Shown: positions 48,252-58,661 of the stretch, in pieces
Layout: each line of letters begins with the position of its first letter
Position numbering within the stretch: position 1 is the stretch's first letter
From: an uncultured Verrucomicrobiae bacterium
GTDB lineage: Bacteria > Verrucomicrobiota > Verrucomicrobiia > Chthoniobacterales > JAFAMB01
Assembly (NCBI GenBank): GCA_963837955.1
Contig: CAWIPH010000002.1
Coordinates: forward strand, 992,001-1,056,000
DNA length: 64,000 bases
Direction of reading: 5' to 3'
Notes under the pieces: generated by a model
Databases searched by the model: none
Told to the model about the DNA's origin: nothing
The model's input: only the letters and a program-made list of their open reading frames with translations
Program-made: the position numbers and the translations under genes

Positions 48252-50723
48252 CTATGAGGCATTAGCGACCTCGCCTTGTTCGGGCTGGACCGCTCGAAAC
48301 GTCAGTTTATCTCCGTCGGCATGCACCACGACCGTGTCACCCATTTTGATGTTGCTGCGCAAAAGTTCTTCGGCGAATGGATCTTCCAGATATTTTTCTA
48401 CGGCTCGCCGCATGGGACGAGCGCCGTAAGTCGGATCGTATCCCTTGTCGATCAGAAATTCTACTGCGGTCGGATCGACTTGAATCTTGATCTCTTTCGC
48501 TCTAACGCGGTCGACCACTTTCGCAACCTCTAGATCGACGATCCGCACCAGATCGTCGCGATTCAAGGTGTGGAAAACGATCATGTCGTCCAAACGATTC
48601 AAAAACTCCGGCTTAAAGACGCGCTTTGATTCTTCGAGAATCTTGTCACGCATCTGCTCATACGAATCAGTGCCGGATGCAGCACCAAAACCCATCGAAG
48701 TCTGGCGCTTAATAATCTCAGCGCCCACGTTCGAGGTCATGATAATGATCGTGTTTCGGAAGTCGATTTTGCGGCCAAGGCTGTCGGTGATTTTGCCCTC
48801 TTCGAGAATTTGCAGCAAAAGATGCATCACGTCTGGATGAGCCTTCTCGATTTCATCGAATAGGACCACCGAGTAAGGCCGGCGTCGAACGGCTTCGGAG
48901 AGCTGCCCTCCTTCTTCGTAACCGACGTATCCCGGCGGCGAGCCAATCAACCGGGAAGCGGTAAACTTCTCCATGTATTCCGACATGTCGATTTGGATCA
49001 ACGCGTCCGGATCGCCGAACATAAATTCTGCCAAGCTCCTCGCCAAGAACGTTTTGCCCACCCCGGTCGGCCCGAGGAAGATAAAGGAACCAATGGGGCG
49101 CCGCGGATCCTTCAAGTCAGCGCGAGACCGGCGCAAGGCTTTGCTGATAGCGACGACCGCCTCATCCTGACCAATTACTCGCTGGCGCAGATTATCCTCC
49201 ATCTTCAACAACTTCTGCGTCTCGGCTTCCTCCATCCGGTGCAACGGCACTCCGGTCCATTTTGAAACGATATGCAGGATATCGTCAGCACCGACTACAA
49301 CCTCACGCTCTTCCCGCTGCTCGCGCCAATCGGATAAGATGCGTTCAAGCTTGTCCTTAGTCTGTTTTTCTGAATCTCGCAGCGCTGCGGCCTTCTCGAA
49401 GTCTTGCGCTTTAATCGCCGCTTCTTTGTCGATCCGAATCGCTTCGATCTCTTTCTCGATATCTTTGACATCCGGTGGACGTGTCATCGCATTGATGCGA
49501 GCACGCGCTCCCGCTTCATCCATGACGTCAATCGCCTTGTCCGGGAGGAATCGCCCGGTGAGATAGCGGTCTGAAAGTTTGACTGCGGCTTCCAATGCCT
49601 CATCGGTCAGACGCGCCTTATGATGCGCCTCATATTTAGGCCGCAAGCCTTTAAGAATTTGCACCGCCTCTTCCACGGATGGTGCTTCCACCTTCACCGT
49701 TTGAAAGCGCCGTTCCAGAGCCGCATCCTTCTCGATGTACTTCCGGTATTCGTTCAGAGTCGTTGCGCCAACGCACTGAAGCTCGCCTCGGCTGAGGGCG
49801 GGTTTGATAATATTGGACGCATCCATCGCGCCCTCGGCAGAACCCGCGCCGACGATCGTGTGCAGCTCATCGATGAAGAGAATGACGTTCTTGGAGCGAC
49901 GAATTTCGTCCATTACTGCCTTAATGCGCTCCTCGAATTGGCCGCGATACTTGGTCCCAGCCACCATCAGAGCCAGATCCAAAGTAATGACCCGCTTGTC
50001 GCGCAATAGCTCCGGGATGTCGCCGGCTGCAATCTCCTGCGCCAGCCCTTCCACGATCGCGGTTTTGCCAACGCCTGCCTCGCCGAGAAGCACCGGATTG
50101 TTTTTCGTCCGGCGGCAGAGAATTTGGACTACCCGTTCAATCTCGTCTTTCCGGCCAATGACCGGATCGAGTTCTGCTTTCTTCGCCAGTTCCGTCAAGT
50201 CCCGCCCGAAAGCTCTCAGGGCTGGGGTCTTGACCTCTTTCTTATTGCCTTCCTGCGGGCTTTCAGCCTCGCTCTCCGGTGGTGTAAAATTTGGATCCAA
50301 TTCTTTTAAGATTTCGTTTCGAGTTCGCTCTATGTCCACTTCCAAGCTCTTTAAGACGCGGGCGGCGACTCCTTCGCCCTCGCGTAGCAATCCCAGCAAG
50401 ATATGTTCCGTGCCCACGTAAGAATGATTGAGGGCCTTGGCTTCTTTTCCTGCAAGGGCCAGCACTTTCTTGACGCGCGGCGTGTATGGGATATTCCCAA
50501 CCATTTTGGTCTCGGGATGGGATCCGACATGTTTCTCGACCTCCATACGGACCGTCTCCAGGTCGAGCCCCATCTTCTGCAAAACGTTCACGGCTACGCC
50601 TTGACCGAGTTTGATCAAGCCGAGCAGAAGGTGCTCAGTACCCACATAGTTGTGGTTGAAGCGATCCGCTTCTTTGCGTGCGAGCGCCAGCACCTGTTGC
50701 GCACGTGGAGTAAAGTTGTTCAT
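48252..50723 (-). CDS. clpC: ATP-dependent Clp protease ATPase subunit ClpC
   Basis: Clp-N repeats, two AAA+ modules ([16 protein letters not shown]), UVR coil and MGF ClpP-docking loop. Confidence 0.97.
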   Translation of the reverse strand: MNNFTPRAQQVLALARKEADRFNHNYVGTEHLLLGLIKLGQGVAVNVLQKMGLDLETVRMEVEKHVGSHPETKMVGNIPYTPRVKKVLALAGKEAKALNHSYVGTEHILLGLLREGEGVAARVLKSLEVDIERTRNEILKELDPNFTPPESEAESPQEGNKKEVKTPALRAFGRDLTELAKKAELDPVIGRKDEIERVVQILCRRTKNNPVLLGEAGVGKTAIVEGLAQEIAAGDIPELLRDKRVITLDLALMVAGTKYRGQFEERIKAVMDEIRRSKNVILFIDELHTIVGAGSAEGAMDASNIIKPALSRGELQCVGATTLNEYRKYIEKDAALERRFQTVKVEAPSVEEAVQILKGLRPKYEAHHKARLTDEALEAAVKLSDRYLTGRFLPDKAIDVMDEAGARARINAMTRPPDVKDIEKEIEAIRIDKEAAIKAQDFEKAAALRDSEKQTKDKLERILSDWREQREEREVVVGADDILHIVSKWTGVPLHRMEEAETQKLLKMEDNLRQRVIGQDEAVVAISKALRRSRADLKDPRRPIGSFIFLGPTGVGKTFLARSLAEFMFGDPDALIQIDMSEYMEKFTASRLIGSPPGYVGYEEGGQLSEAVRRRPYSVVLFDEIEKAHPDVMHLLLQILEEGKITDSLGRKIDFRNTIIIMTSNVGAEIIKRQTSMGFGAASGTDSYEQMRDKILEESKRVFKPEFLNRLDDMIVFHTLNRDDLVRIVDLEVAKVVDRVRAKEIKIQVDPTAVEFLIDKGYDPTYGARPMRRAVEKYLEDPFAEELLRSNIKMGDTVVVHADGDKLTFRAVQPEQGEVANAS

Positions 50724-50750
50724 CATTGCAATTCGGCTGCTCGGGACATC

Positions 50751-51821
50751 CTAAGTATTAGGTGGTTTGGGAAAACTTTTCAACTGCTCGCGGACAGTGT
50801 CGGCTCGGAGATGGTCTCTTTCTTCAGCCGCCAGCTTCTGTTGCGAGGCGTGCTGCAGATGCGCTGGCTGGGTATCCAGCAAAAGTTGGTTAATGATTCT
50901 GCGGCCCGGTTCCGGAAAGAAGCCGAGATCGATGCCCAGCCGAAGAACCGAGAGCAAATTCAGAGCTTCCTTGGAGGAAATCGAATAGGAGTAGTTCAGT
51001 ATTCCGTAAGCACGTCCCACCTGATCCATCAGCATCGTGCGGCGGGTGTCGAGCAGGTTTGTACGAGCCTGATTCTCCCGTTGGATCAGAGTTTCGATCA
51101 CCTTGTTTAATCGTTCGATGATTTGGTCCTCCTTCTCACCCAGCGTGGTCTGGTTAGAGACTTGGAAAAGGTTACCCATCGCCTCGGTACCTTCTCCATA
51201 CAGCCCGCGCACCGCCAAACCAATTTTGTTTACCGAATTTACCACCTGATTGATCTGCTCGCTCAAGACCAACCCGGGAAGATGAACCATGGCGGAAGCA
51301 CGCATCCCGGTTCCGACGTTGGTGGGGCACGCTGTCAGATACCCTAGGGCTTCATCAAACGCAAAGTCGAGTTGGTTCTCGAGTATCGTGTCGACCCCGT
51401 CGATCAGTTGGAAAGTCTGCTGCAGATCGAACCCGCACGTGATCGCTTGCATGCGCAGATGGTCTTCTTCGTTGACCATGATGCTCAAAGTTTGCGCCGG
51501 ATTGATGACCACCGCACTGCCCATCCCTTTCGCCGCGTGTTCGCGACTGATGAGATGTCTCTCCACCAACACCTGCTTCTCAGTAGCGGAAAGTTCGTTC
51601 AGCTGCGGCGAAAAGGAATTACTCATCTCAGGCAACACCTCGACTTCCGGCTTAATCTCTTCGAGTATCCGGATTCGTTCTGATTTCTTGGCCCAACCAG
51701 GAAAAGGCAATTTCGCAAGATTGCGAGCCAACCGCACCCGGCTGCTGATAACGATTGGGTGGAGATCCCCGCCGGACGATAGCCATTCTCCCGGAGTTGC
51801 CAATAAGCCTTCAATTTTCAT
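50751..51821 (-). CDS. mcsB: Protein arginine kinase
   Basis: ISSRVRLARN, NEEDHLR, YLTACPTNVGTG and QVSNQTTLG motifs. Confidence 0.95.
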   Translation of the reverse strand: MKIEGLLATPGEWLSSGGDLHPIVISSRVRLARNLAKLPFPGWAKKSERIRILEEIKPEVEVLPEMSNSFSPQLNELSATEKQVLVERHLISREHAAKGMGSAVVINPAQTLSIMVNEEDHLRMQAITCGFDLQQTFQLIDGVDTILENQLDFAFDEALGYLTACPTNVGTGMRASAMVHLPGLVLSEQINQVVNSVNKIGLAVRGLYGEGTEAMGNLFQVSNQTTLGEKEDQIIERLNKVIETLIQRENQARTNLLDTRRTMLMDQVGRAYGILNYSYSISSKEALNLLSVLRLGIDLGFFPEPGRRIINQLLLDTQPAHLQHASQQKLAAEERDHLRADTVREQLKSFPKPPNT

Positions 51822-51828
51822 ACAACAC

Positions 51829-52317
51829 TCAATTCCTGTCGCTTTCCAGTTGTCGGATCTCATCTCGCAGATTAGCAGCCGTCTCGTAGTCCTCATTAGA
51901 GACGGCCTCATCGAGATTTCGCCGCAACTCATTTAGGCGATCGGTCCGAGCGAGAATACGAGAATAACGGGTCGGTACTTTGCCGGTATGCTGCGTACCC
52001 TTATGCATCGCCTTAATCAAAGAAGCGAGTACCTCATTGAATGTTTCGTAGCAATCGCTGCACCCAAGTCGGCCAGTTTTCTTAAAATCCGTCTGGGTAA
52101 ATCCACACACGGGACAATGTTCGGTTGGCGGCGATTGCTCAACCTGCTGCGTTTCGCCCATTCCGAGCAAAAGATCAGCCAATGCAAAGCCGGTTGGATC
52201 TGAGACGCCCTTCTCTTTGGAACACGACTCGCAGAGATTGATCTTCTTCATGTTTCCATCGACGATCTGGGTCAGGTATACCGTCGCCGGATTTGTTTTG
52301 CAGACGTCGCAAATCAT
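51829..52317 (-). CDS. mcsA: McsB activator (CxxC motifs plus UVR domain)
   Basis: Four CxxC motifs, GRLGC, HTGKVP and EDYETAANLRDEI. Confidence 0.95.
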   Translation of the reverse strand: MICDVCKTNPATVYLTQIVDGNMKKINLCESCSKEKGVSDPTGFALADLLLGMGETQQVEQSPPTEHCPVCGFTQTDFKKTGRLGCSDCYETFNEVLASLIKAMHKGTQHTGKVPTRYSRILARTDRLNELRRNLDEAVSNEDYETAANLRDEIRQLESDRN

Positions 52318-52474
52318 GCCTCTAACCTCCCTCTAATCGGAAAATTTACCGAAACTTGAAATGTTCTTTTGCTTCCCACCTTATTTTCGCTCGTTTAATG
52401 CAGCTCCCCGGGCTAAACGATTTGTCTGGAACCCCTCCAAATTCTCCCCACGGCTAGACTGTAGTTGTTCGAGC

Positions 52475-53353
52475 TCATTGATAAATCGGCGTACCAGTTG
52501 TTTGTGTCAATCTACGGAAGTCTTCGATCAACTTCAAGGTGACTGGTCCTGGTTGTCCGTTCCCGATCGGTCGGCGATCTAACTCCACTGCCGGGATGAT
52601 CTCCGCGGCGGTCCCGGTAAGAAAACATTCGTCCGCCGTAATTACGTCGTAGCGGGTGAGCTCTCGCTCCTCGACGACGAACCCATTTTTTTGGGCTAGC
52701 TCGAAGGCCACGTTGCGAGTCACACCTTCGAGAATTCCCGCATTCACCGGTGGGGTATAAAGTCGCCCGCGCTTGATGATGAATAGGTTATCACCGGTAC
52801 ATTCCGCCACGTATCCTTGCTCATTAAGCATAAGGCCTTCGGCAGCACCGGCTTGCTGGGCTTCGATTTTTGCCAGCACGTTATTGAGGTAGTTCAATGA
52901 TTTGACACGCGGGCTTAGTGCTGCCGGAGCAGTGCGACGCGTTGCGCAGGTCGCCATATTCAGTCCCTTTTGATAAAGAGCCGCCGGATAAAGCGCGATG
53001 GTGGAAGCGATAATCACAATGCTTGGACGGCGACAGGAGTCGGGACTTAAACCAAGCGTTCCCACACCACGTGTCACTAACAGGCGGATGTAACCATCCT
53101 GGAGGTCGTTCTGCCGGATCGTCTCCAATGTCGCAGCAGTCAGTTCCGATGCTGACATCGGTATCTCCAGAGCGATCCCTTTAGCCGAATCCCAAAGCCG
53201 GGCGACGTGCTCTTCCAGCCGGAAAACCCGGCCCCGGTAAAAACGAATTCCTTCGAAGATGCCGTCTCCATACAGCAAGCCGTGGTCAAATACGGAAATC
53301 TTAGCCTCCGACTCTGGGTAGAAATTTCCGTCGATGTAGATTTTCAGATTCAT
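52475..53353 (-). CDS. ilvE: Branched-chain amino acid aminotransferase
   Basis: FDHGLLYGDGIFEG, KSLNYLNN, ILEGVTR and FLTGTAAE motifs. Confidence 0.95.
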   Translation of the reverse strand: MNLKIYIDGNFYPESEAKISVFDHGLLYGDGIFEGIRFYRGRVFRLEEHVARLWDSAKGIALEIPMSASELTAATLETIRQNDLQDGYIRLLVTRGVGTLGLSPDSCRRPSIVIIASTIALYPAALYQKGLNMATCATRRTAPAALSPRVKSLNYLNNVLAKIEAQQAGAAEGLMLNEQGYVAECTGDNLFIIKRGRLYTPPVNAGILEGVTRNVAFELAQKNGFVVEERELTRYDVITADECFLTGTAAEIIPAVELDRRPIGNGQPGPVTLKLIEDFRRLTQTTGTPIYQ

Positions 53354-53397
53354 AGGTTCGGGAGGGTATGGATGATGAATGGAGTAAAAGTTTTCAT

Positions 53398-54063
53398 CTA
53401 ATGGACGAGGAGACCGTCCAACATATCGACCTGACGGTTTCCCAGCTTGGCGAGCCTCGCATCGTGGGTAACGACAACTAAAGTCTTTTGCTGTTCCCGC
53501 ACCAATTCCAGAAGAAGAGTCATGATGGCGTCGCCGTTAGTCGTATCGAGGTTGCCGGTCGGCTCATCGGCGAAGATAATCGCCGGATCATTTACCAGAG
53601 CCCGGGCGATGGCCACTCGTTGTTGTTCTCCACCCGAGAGCTCGCTCGGCAGATGCTGCATCCGGCCACCCAGACCCACTCTTTCCAAATAGCCTTTCGC
53701 TAAGTCTTCGCGCTGCCGGTGCCGAATGAGCGACGGCAACAGAGTGTTTTCGAGCGCGGTTAACTCAGGTAGCAGAAAATAGCTCTGGAAAACAAAGCCC
53801 ATTCGCGTATTCCGGATTCTCGCATCTTCCGCCGAGCTCCGGCTATACAATTTGTGACCTTCGAAAACGACTTCCCCAGCTTCCGGTCTTTCCAGTCCCG
53901 CCAAGGTATACAATAGGGTCGTTTTACCGGCTCCGGAAACACCGCAAAGGAAAAGCGCCTCTCCCGCCTGCACATCGAGATTGATTCCGCGCAGAACCTC
54001 GACCTTGCGTGACCCAATCCGAAAGGAACGACGAATATCGCGTGCGCTTAGCTGAGCGGTCAT
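53398..54063 (-). CDS. ABC transporter ATP-binding protein (LolD-like)
   Basis: GVSGAGKT, GFVFQSYFLLPEL, LSGGEQQR and ADEPTGNLD motifs. Confidence 0.9.
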   Translation of the reverse strand: MTAQLSARDIRRSFRIGSRKVEVLRGINLDVQAGEALFLCGVSGAGKTTLLYTLAGLERPEAGEVVFEGHKLYSRSSAEDARIRNTRMGFVFQSYFLLPELTALENTLLPSLIRHRQREDLAKGYLERVGLGGRMQHLPSELSGGEQQRVAIARALVNDPAIIFADEPTGNLDTTNGDAIMTLLLELVREQQKTLVVVTHDARLAKLGNRQVDMLDGLLVH

Positions 54064-54065
54064 TT

Positions 54066-54524
54066 TCAAGTAGACGTAGAAAGTTGGCGAACGCCTTCAA
54101 ATAGCACGATCGCGACCGCTGTGGCCAGGTTCAAGCTTCGAGCACCTGCGACCATGGGGATGGTGTAGCAATCGGCGGTCCGTTCAGCCAACAAACTTTC
54201 CGGCAGGCCCTTCGTTTCACGGCCAAAAATCAAATTATCGCCCCGAACGAAGTCGATCTCCCAATAAGGGCGCGGAGACTTCGTGGAGAAGAACAGAGAA
54301 CGCCGAGAAGCCGGAGGCATCCGCTCAAATTCACCTAGGTTTTCCCACAGCATAACATCCACTTCCCGCCAATAATCCATTCCCGCACGACGCAACTGGC
54401 GATCGTCTAGAGTGAATCCGAACGGCTTAACGAGGTGAAGCCGGCAACCGGTCGCCAGAGCGAGTCGCGCGATATTTCCGGTATTAGGCGGAATTTCCGG
54501 TTCGACCAGTACAAGGTTAAACAT
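54066..54524 (-). CDS. trmL: tRNA (cytidine/uridine-34 2'-O)-methyltransferase
   Basis: EPEIPPNTGNIAR, RRAGMDYW, FGRETKGL and RSLNL motifs. Confidence 0.93.
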   Translation of the reverse strand: MFNLVLVEPEIPPNTGNIARLALATGCRLHLVKPFGFTLDDRQLRRAGMDYWREVDVMLWENLGEFERMPPASRRSLFFSTKSPRPYWEIDFVRGDNLIFGRETKGLPESLLAERTADCYTIPMVAGARSLNLATAVAIVLFEGVRQLSTST

Positions 54525-54536
54525 ATTCCAAAAAAC

Positions 54537-54569
54537 AAAAAAAGCGCCTCAAGGCTCGAGGCGCTTTTT
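54537..54569 (-). terminator. Intrinsic terminator downstream of rpmA
   Basis: AAAAAAAGCGCCTC-AAGGCTC-GAGGCGCTTTTT. Confidence 0.85.
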
Positions 54570-54598
54570 CCGTCGGGAGGGAATTTCGCTACCGGCTG

Positions 54599-54865
54599 CT
54601 AATTTGAGCTCACTTGCGCCTCAGTGGCATCAACATTTACGCGCCGACCCCTGCGATCGAAGCGTACGATGCCATTCACCAAAGCGAAGATGGTATAATC
54701 CCGACCAAGCCCTACATTGTGACCCGGCAAAAATTTTGTTCCGCGTTGACGGACAATAATATTACCCGCCAGAACCTGTTCGCTGCCAAACTTCTTCACG
54801 CCAAGGCGTTTACTGACGCTGTCGCGCCCGTTCTTAACGCTTCCTTGACCTTTCTTATGCGCCAT
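54599..54865 (-). CDS. rpmA: 50S ribosomal protein L27
   Basis: [16 protein letters not shown]...RLGVK. Confidence 0.98.
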   Translation of the reverse strand: MAHKKGQGSVKNGRDSVSKRLGVKKFGSEQVLAGNIIVRQRGTKFLPGHNVGLGRDYTIFALVNGIVRFDRRGRRVNVDATEAQVSSN

Positions 54866-54892
54866 AAAATGAGACCCCGATCAAATTTAGTC

Positions 54893-55207
54893 CTATAGAT
54901 CAATCGATTCAATCTTTACCCGAGTCAATTGCCGTCGATGCCCGACGGTCCGATGGTAACCTTTGCGGCGGCGAAATTTGAAAGCGATCACCTTTTTGTC
55001 TTTGAACTGTTCCAGGACTTCGCCGGAAACCTTGGCCCCTTGAATCAGTGGGGAGCCAGTCGTGAAACGATCGCCGTCACCGTGCAAAACCACCTCGCCA
55101 AAAGTAATCTTGTCGCCCGTCGCACCAGAGAGTTTTTCTACCGCAATGGTATCTCCCGGGCGAACCCGATACTGCTTACCTCCCGAACGAATGATTGCGT
55201 ATGCCAT
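54893..55207 (-). CDS. rplU: 50S ribosomal protein L21
   Basis: YAIIRSGGKQYRV and FKFRRRKGY..TVGHR motifs. Confidence 0.98.
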   Translation of the reverse strand: MAYAIIRSGGKQYRVRPGDTIAVEKLSGATGDKITFGEVVLHGDGDRFTTGSPLIQGAKVSGEVLEQFKDKKVIAFKFRRRKGYHRTVGHRRQLTRVKIESIDL

Positions 55208-55283
55208 CGTGACCTTCTTAGAAAGGCGCGGAACATTTCACATTAGGCCGTGTTCCACAACTATTTTTTGAAGAAAAAAGGAC

Positions 55284-55838
55284 GAGGTAGCCTGATGCTC
55301 CAGCCTCAGGAAATGCACGTGCTGCTAGCATGAAGAACGGCAAATCAACGGCCAGCACACTTACGGCGCGGTGGGTCCCTTCGCGAGGTAGCCTGATGCT
55401 CCAGCCTCAGGGAGCGCTGGTGCTGCTGGCTCGAAGAACGGCAAATCGAAGGCCAAGACAGTTACAGAGCCGTGGGTCCCTTCGCGAGGTAGCCTGATGC
55501 TCCAGCCTCAGGAAACGCTGGTCTGCTAGCTCGAAGAACGGCAAACCGAAGGCCAGGACAGTTACAGAGCCGTGGGTCCCTTCGCGAGGTGGCCTGATGC
55601 TCCAGCCTCAGGAAGCGCTGGTGCTGCTAGCTCGAAGAACGGCAAATCGAAGGCCAAGACAGTTACAGAGCCGTGGGTCCCTTCGCGAGGTAGCCTGATG
55701 CTCCAGCCTCAGGAAGCGCTGGTGCTGCTAGCTCGAAGAACGGCAAATCGAAGGCCAAGACAGTTACAGAGCCGTGGGTCCCTGAGCCAGGAGGATCAGG
55801 CTACTCCTTCCCCCCGAGCCGGGAGCATCAGGCTACGC
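55284..55838. repeat. Tandem array of five ~101-bp units headed by a family D REP, closed by two inverted REP copies
   Basis: Units start at 55284, 55385, 55486, 55586 and 55687 (GAGGTAGCCTGATGCTCCAGCCTCAGG...GTGGGTCCCTTCGC); inverted ATCAGGCTAC copies near 55795 and 55827. Confidence 0.93.
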
Positions 55839-55843
55839 CTTCC

Positions 55844-56719
55844 TTAATAATCTCTCTGCAACAGGTGATCCGCCAACGCATGCAGAGTCTCAGCCTTTTT
55901 TCCGAAGGGTCGTAACGTCTCCCGGGCTTCTTGGGTAAGCCTTCTGGCGATTTTTCGGGAGCGTTCAAGCCCGACTACCGCCGGATATGTCGCCTTTTCG
56001 GCGGTTAAGTCTTTGCCGGCGCTCTTACCGAGTTTTTCGGTGGTCTGGGTGACATCCAGTATGTCGTCGATGACCTGAAAGGCTAAACCGAGAGCACGTC
56101 CGAAATCTGATAAATTCTGGAGCTGGCTTGGGGTGGCATTAGCGCTCATAGCACCCAACCGGATCGAGGAACGCAGCAGCGCCGCCGTCTTTGATTCATG
56201 GATGAATTTCAGAAGGGGAAGGGAGACCTTTTTTCCTTCACTCTCAAGATCGACGACCTGGCCCGCGATCAGATTGCGGCTCCCACAGGCTACGGCCAAC
56301 TCTCGGACGACATCTCGTATTGAATAACGAGGCCAGCCCGGGACTTGGGCGGCGACCTCGAAGGCGAAGGTGAGTAAGGCGTCGCCGGCGAGTACGGCGA
56401 TTCCTTCGCCAAACACCTTATGTGAGGTTGGTCGCCCTCGCCGAAAGTCATCATCGTCCATGCACGGCAGATCATCATGAATGAGCGAGTAGGTATGCAC
56501 GCATTCAACGGCGCAAGCCAGTGGTAGGGCGGATTGGCGGTCACCCCCGCAGCATTCGGCAGCGGCCAAGCAAAGAATCGGCCGCAGGCGCTTGCCACCG
56601 GCAAAGACGCTGTAGCGCATCGCCTTGTGGATTGTCTTCGGTTTGATGGATTCTCTTGGCAACAAAGCATCAAGCGTTTCGTCAACCAGATGCTGGCGGG
56701 AAGAAAGATACTCGTTCAT
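55844..56719 (-). CDS. ispA: Polyprenyl (farnesyl/geranylgeranyl) diphosphate synthase
   Basis: GGKRLRP, SLIHDDLPCMDDDDFRRG, FQVIDDILD and KATYP motifs. Confidence 0.93.
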   Translation of the reverse strand: MNEYLSSRQHLVDETLDALLPRESIKPKTIHKAMRYSVFAGGKRLRPILCLAAAECCGGDRQSALPLACAVECVHTYSLIHDDLPCMDDDDFRRGRPTSHKVFGEGIAVLAGDALLTFAFEVAAQVPGWPRYSIRDVVRELAVACGSRNLIAGQVVDLESEGKKVSLPLLKFIHESKTAALLRSSIRLGAMSANATPSQLQNLSDFGRALGLAFQVIDDILDVTQTTEKLGKSAGKDLTAEKATYPAVVGLERSRKIARRLTQEARETLRPFGKKAETLHALADHLLQRDY

Positions 56720-56726
56720 GCAGCGA

Positions 56727-58355
56727 TCAACCCAGATAACGTTGGGCGATAGGCATACGCCAGCCGCTACCGAATGCCAAGCTGGTGACTTTTAATCCGG
56801 GCGCGGCCTGTCTCCGCTTGTATTCGTTGATATCGACTCTTCGCTGGATCCAGCGCACAACTTCCGGATCGAAGCCGCGTTGGATGATCTCGGCCGGGCT
56901 GCGCTGTTCTTCAACATAGAGCTGTAAAATAGCGTCCAGGGTGTCGTAAGGAGGCAAGGTGTCTTGATCGGTCTGATTTGGCTTCAGCTCGGCACTGGGC
57001 GGCTTGACGATCGAATTGGCGGGAATGACTTCTCGATGCCGATTAATCCAGCGTGCTAGTCGGTAAATCATCGTCTTTGGCACATCGCTGATGACCGCCA
57101 ACCCTCCACACATATCCCCATATATTGTGCAATAGCCAACGGCCAGCTCGCTCTTATTGCCAGTGGTCAACAGCAAATGTCCAAATTTGTTAGAGAGCGA
57201 CATCAGGATGAGACCGCGGAGCCGGGACTGCATATTCTCCTCAGTCGTATTTTCTTTTCGTCCGGCAAAAACCTCTTTGAATTGACTTTTTAGAACCTCA
57301 AACGGCTCTTTGATCGGGATGACGAGTCTTGCGATGCCGAGGTTCTTGGCGAGGCGATCCGCATCGTCAAGACTGCCGGCGGAGGAGTAAGAGCTTGGCA
57401 TCGAAACGCCGGCGACGTTATCTTTCCCCAGCGCCTCGACGGCGATGGCGGCCGTCACCGCGGAATCAATCCCGCCGCTTAAGCCGAGTACAGCACTGCG
57501 AAATCCGCATTTGGCAAAATAATCGCGTACGCCCAGTACCAGCGCTCTAAAGATTTCTTCTTCCGCTGACAGTTCAACCTCCGAGATCGCGGGCGTCTCG
57601 CTGTCGACAACGGCAATTTGTTCGGTAAAGGCGGCAAGGCAGGCTGTTGTGCGGCCCTGTTTATTGATCACAAACGAATTGCCGTCGAAGACCAGCTCAT
57701 CGTTTCCACCGACTGCATTGCAGTAAAAGAACGGGACACCGTACTGGGTAGCCAGCTCGCTGACCATGGCGCGTCGAAGCACCGGTTTACCGACGAAAAA
57801 AGGAGACGAACTGAGATTCAGAATGATCGAGGCGCCTGATTCGACGAGTCTTCTAACCGGGTCGGTGTGATACAAGTCGTGTCGGAGATACTTATCTGTC
57901 CAGATATCCTCGCAAATTGTGATCCCAATCTTTTGCCCAAGTAACTCGATCGGCTGCTGATCATCGGCCGGCTCGAAGTACCGCGCTTCATCAAACACAT
58001 CGTAGGTAGGAAGAAGCGTTTTGAAGATCTTCCGGATCGGGCGATTTTTCTCTAGCACTGCGCAGCTGTTAACGAAAGGTTTCCCCGACTTTTTTGGGTT
58101 AAAATCCACGTACCCAACTAGGAGCGGAACTGTGTCAACCGCCTCGTGTAATACGCGGAGTTGATCGAGAGTCTGGGGAACAAACCCCGATTTGAAGACG
58201 AGGTCTTGAGGAGGATAGCCCGTCAAAGCAAGTTCTGGCGTAATCACCAATTGGGCTCCCTGGCCAATTGCCTCCCGGTAGGCCGCAAGAATTTTTCGAG
58301 AGTTGGCCTCGATGTCTCCGACGATGGTATTGATCTGAGCAAAACCGACTCGCAT
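56727..58355 (-). CDS. nadE: Glutamine-dependent NAD+ synthetase
   Basis: Nitrilase domain (PELALTGYPP, ICEDIW) plus SGGIDS, TGNKSE and PPSAEL motifs. Confidence 0.96.
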   Translation of the reverse strand: MRVGFAQINTIVGDIEANSRKILAAYREAIGQGAQLVITPELALTGYPPQDLVFKSGFVPQTLDQLRVLHEAVDTVPLLVGYVDFNPKKSGKPFVNSCAVLEKNRPIRKIFKTLLPTYDVFDEARYFEPADDQQPIELLGQKIGITICEDIWTDKYLRHDLYHTDPVRRLVESGASIILNLSSSPFFVGKPVLRRAMVSELATQYGVPFFYCNAVGGNDELVFDGNSFVINKQGRTTACLAAFTEQIAVVDSETPAISEVELSAEEEIFRALVLGVRDYFAKCGFRSAVLGLSGGIDSAVTAAIAVEALGKDNVAGVSMPSSYSSAGSLDDADRLAKNLGIARLVIPIKEPFEVLKSQFKEVFAGRKENTTEENMQSRLRGLILMSLSNKFGHLLLTTGNKSELAVGYCTIYGDMCGGLAVISDVPKTMIYRLARWINRHREVIPANSIVKPPSAELKPNQTDQDTLPPYDTLDAILQLYVEEQRSPAEIIQRGFDPEVVRWIQRRVDINEYKRRQAAPGLKVTSLAFGSGWRMPIAQRYLG

Positions 58356-58661
58356 AGCTACCTATACTCTCAGAAACAGGACTACCTCCGTCAAGGCCCC
58401 GCGAATCCGAATTCAGGCGCCGATCGCCATGGCGAATGATCAGTGACAAATGACAGATGATACGAGCGGCGCCTGTGCTAAAACGGCCCGCGCCCCTGAT
58501 GGGTAGGGCGAAACACGCCATTGAGCGATAGCGAGAAAAGGCGTGTGAGCCAATCTTGAGTAGCTCGCCAATGATGCCGAGGCGGACTTGTCCTAGTTGC
58601 AGTCGGACCGCAGGCAGCAATTTGTGATTCCCAACTGGCTGCCCGTCATCACGAACTGGCT

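Noticed and set aside
55284..55783. Possible CRISPR array
   Set aside because: The sequences between the conserved heads are near-identical rather than unique spacers, the period is ~101 bp, and no cas genes are present.
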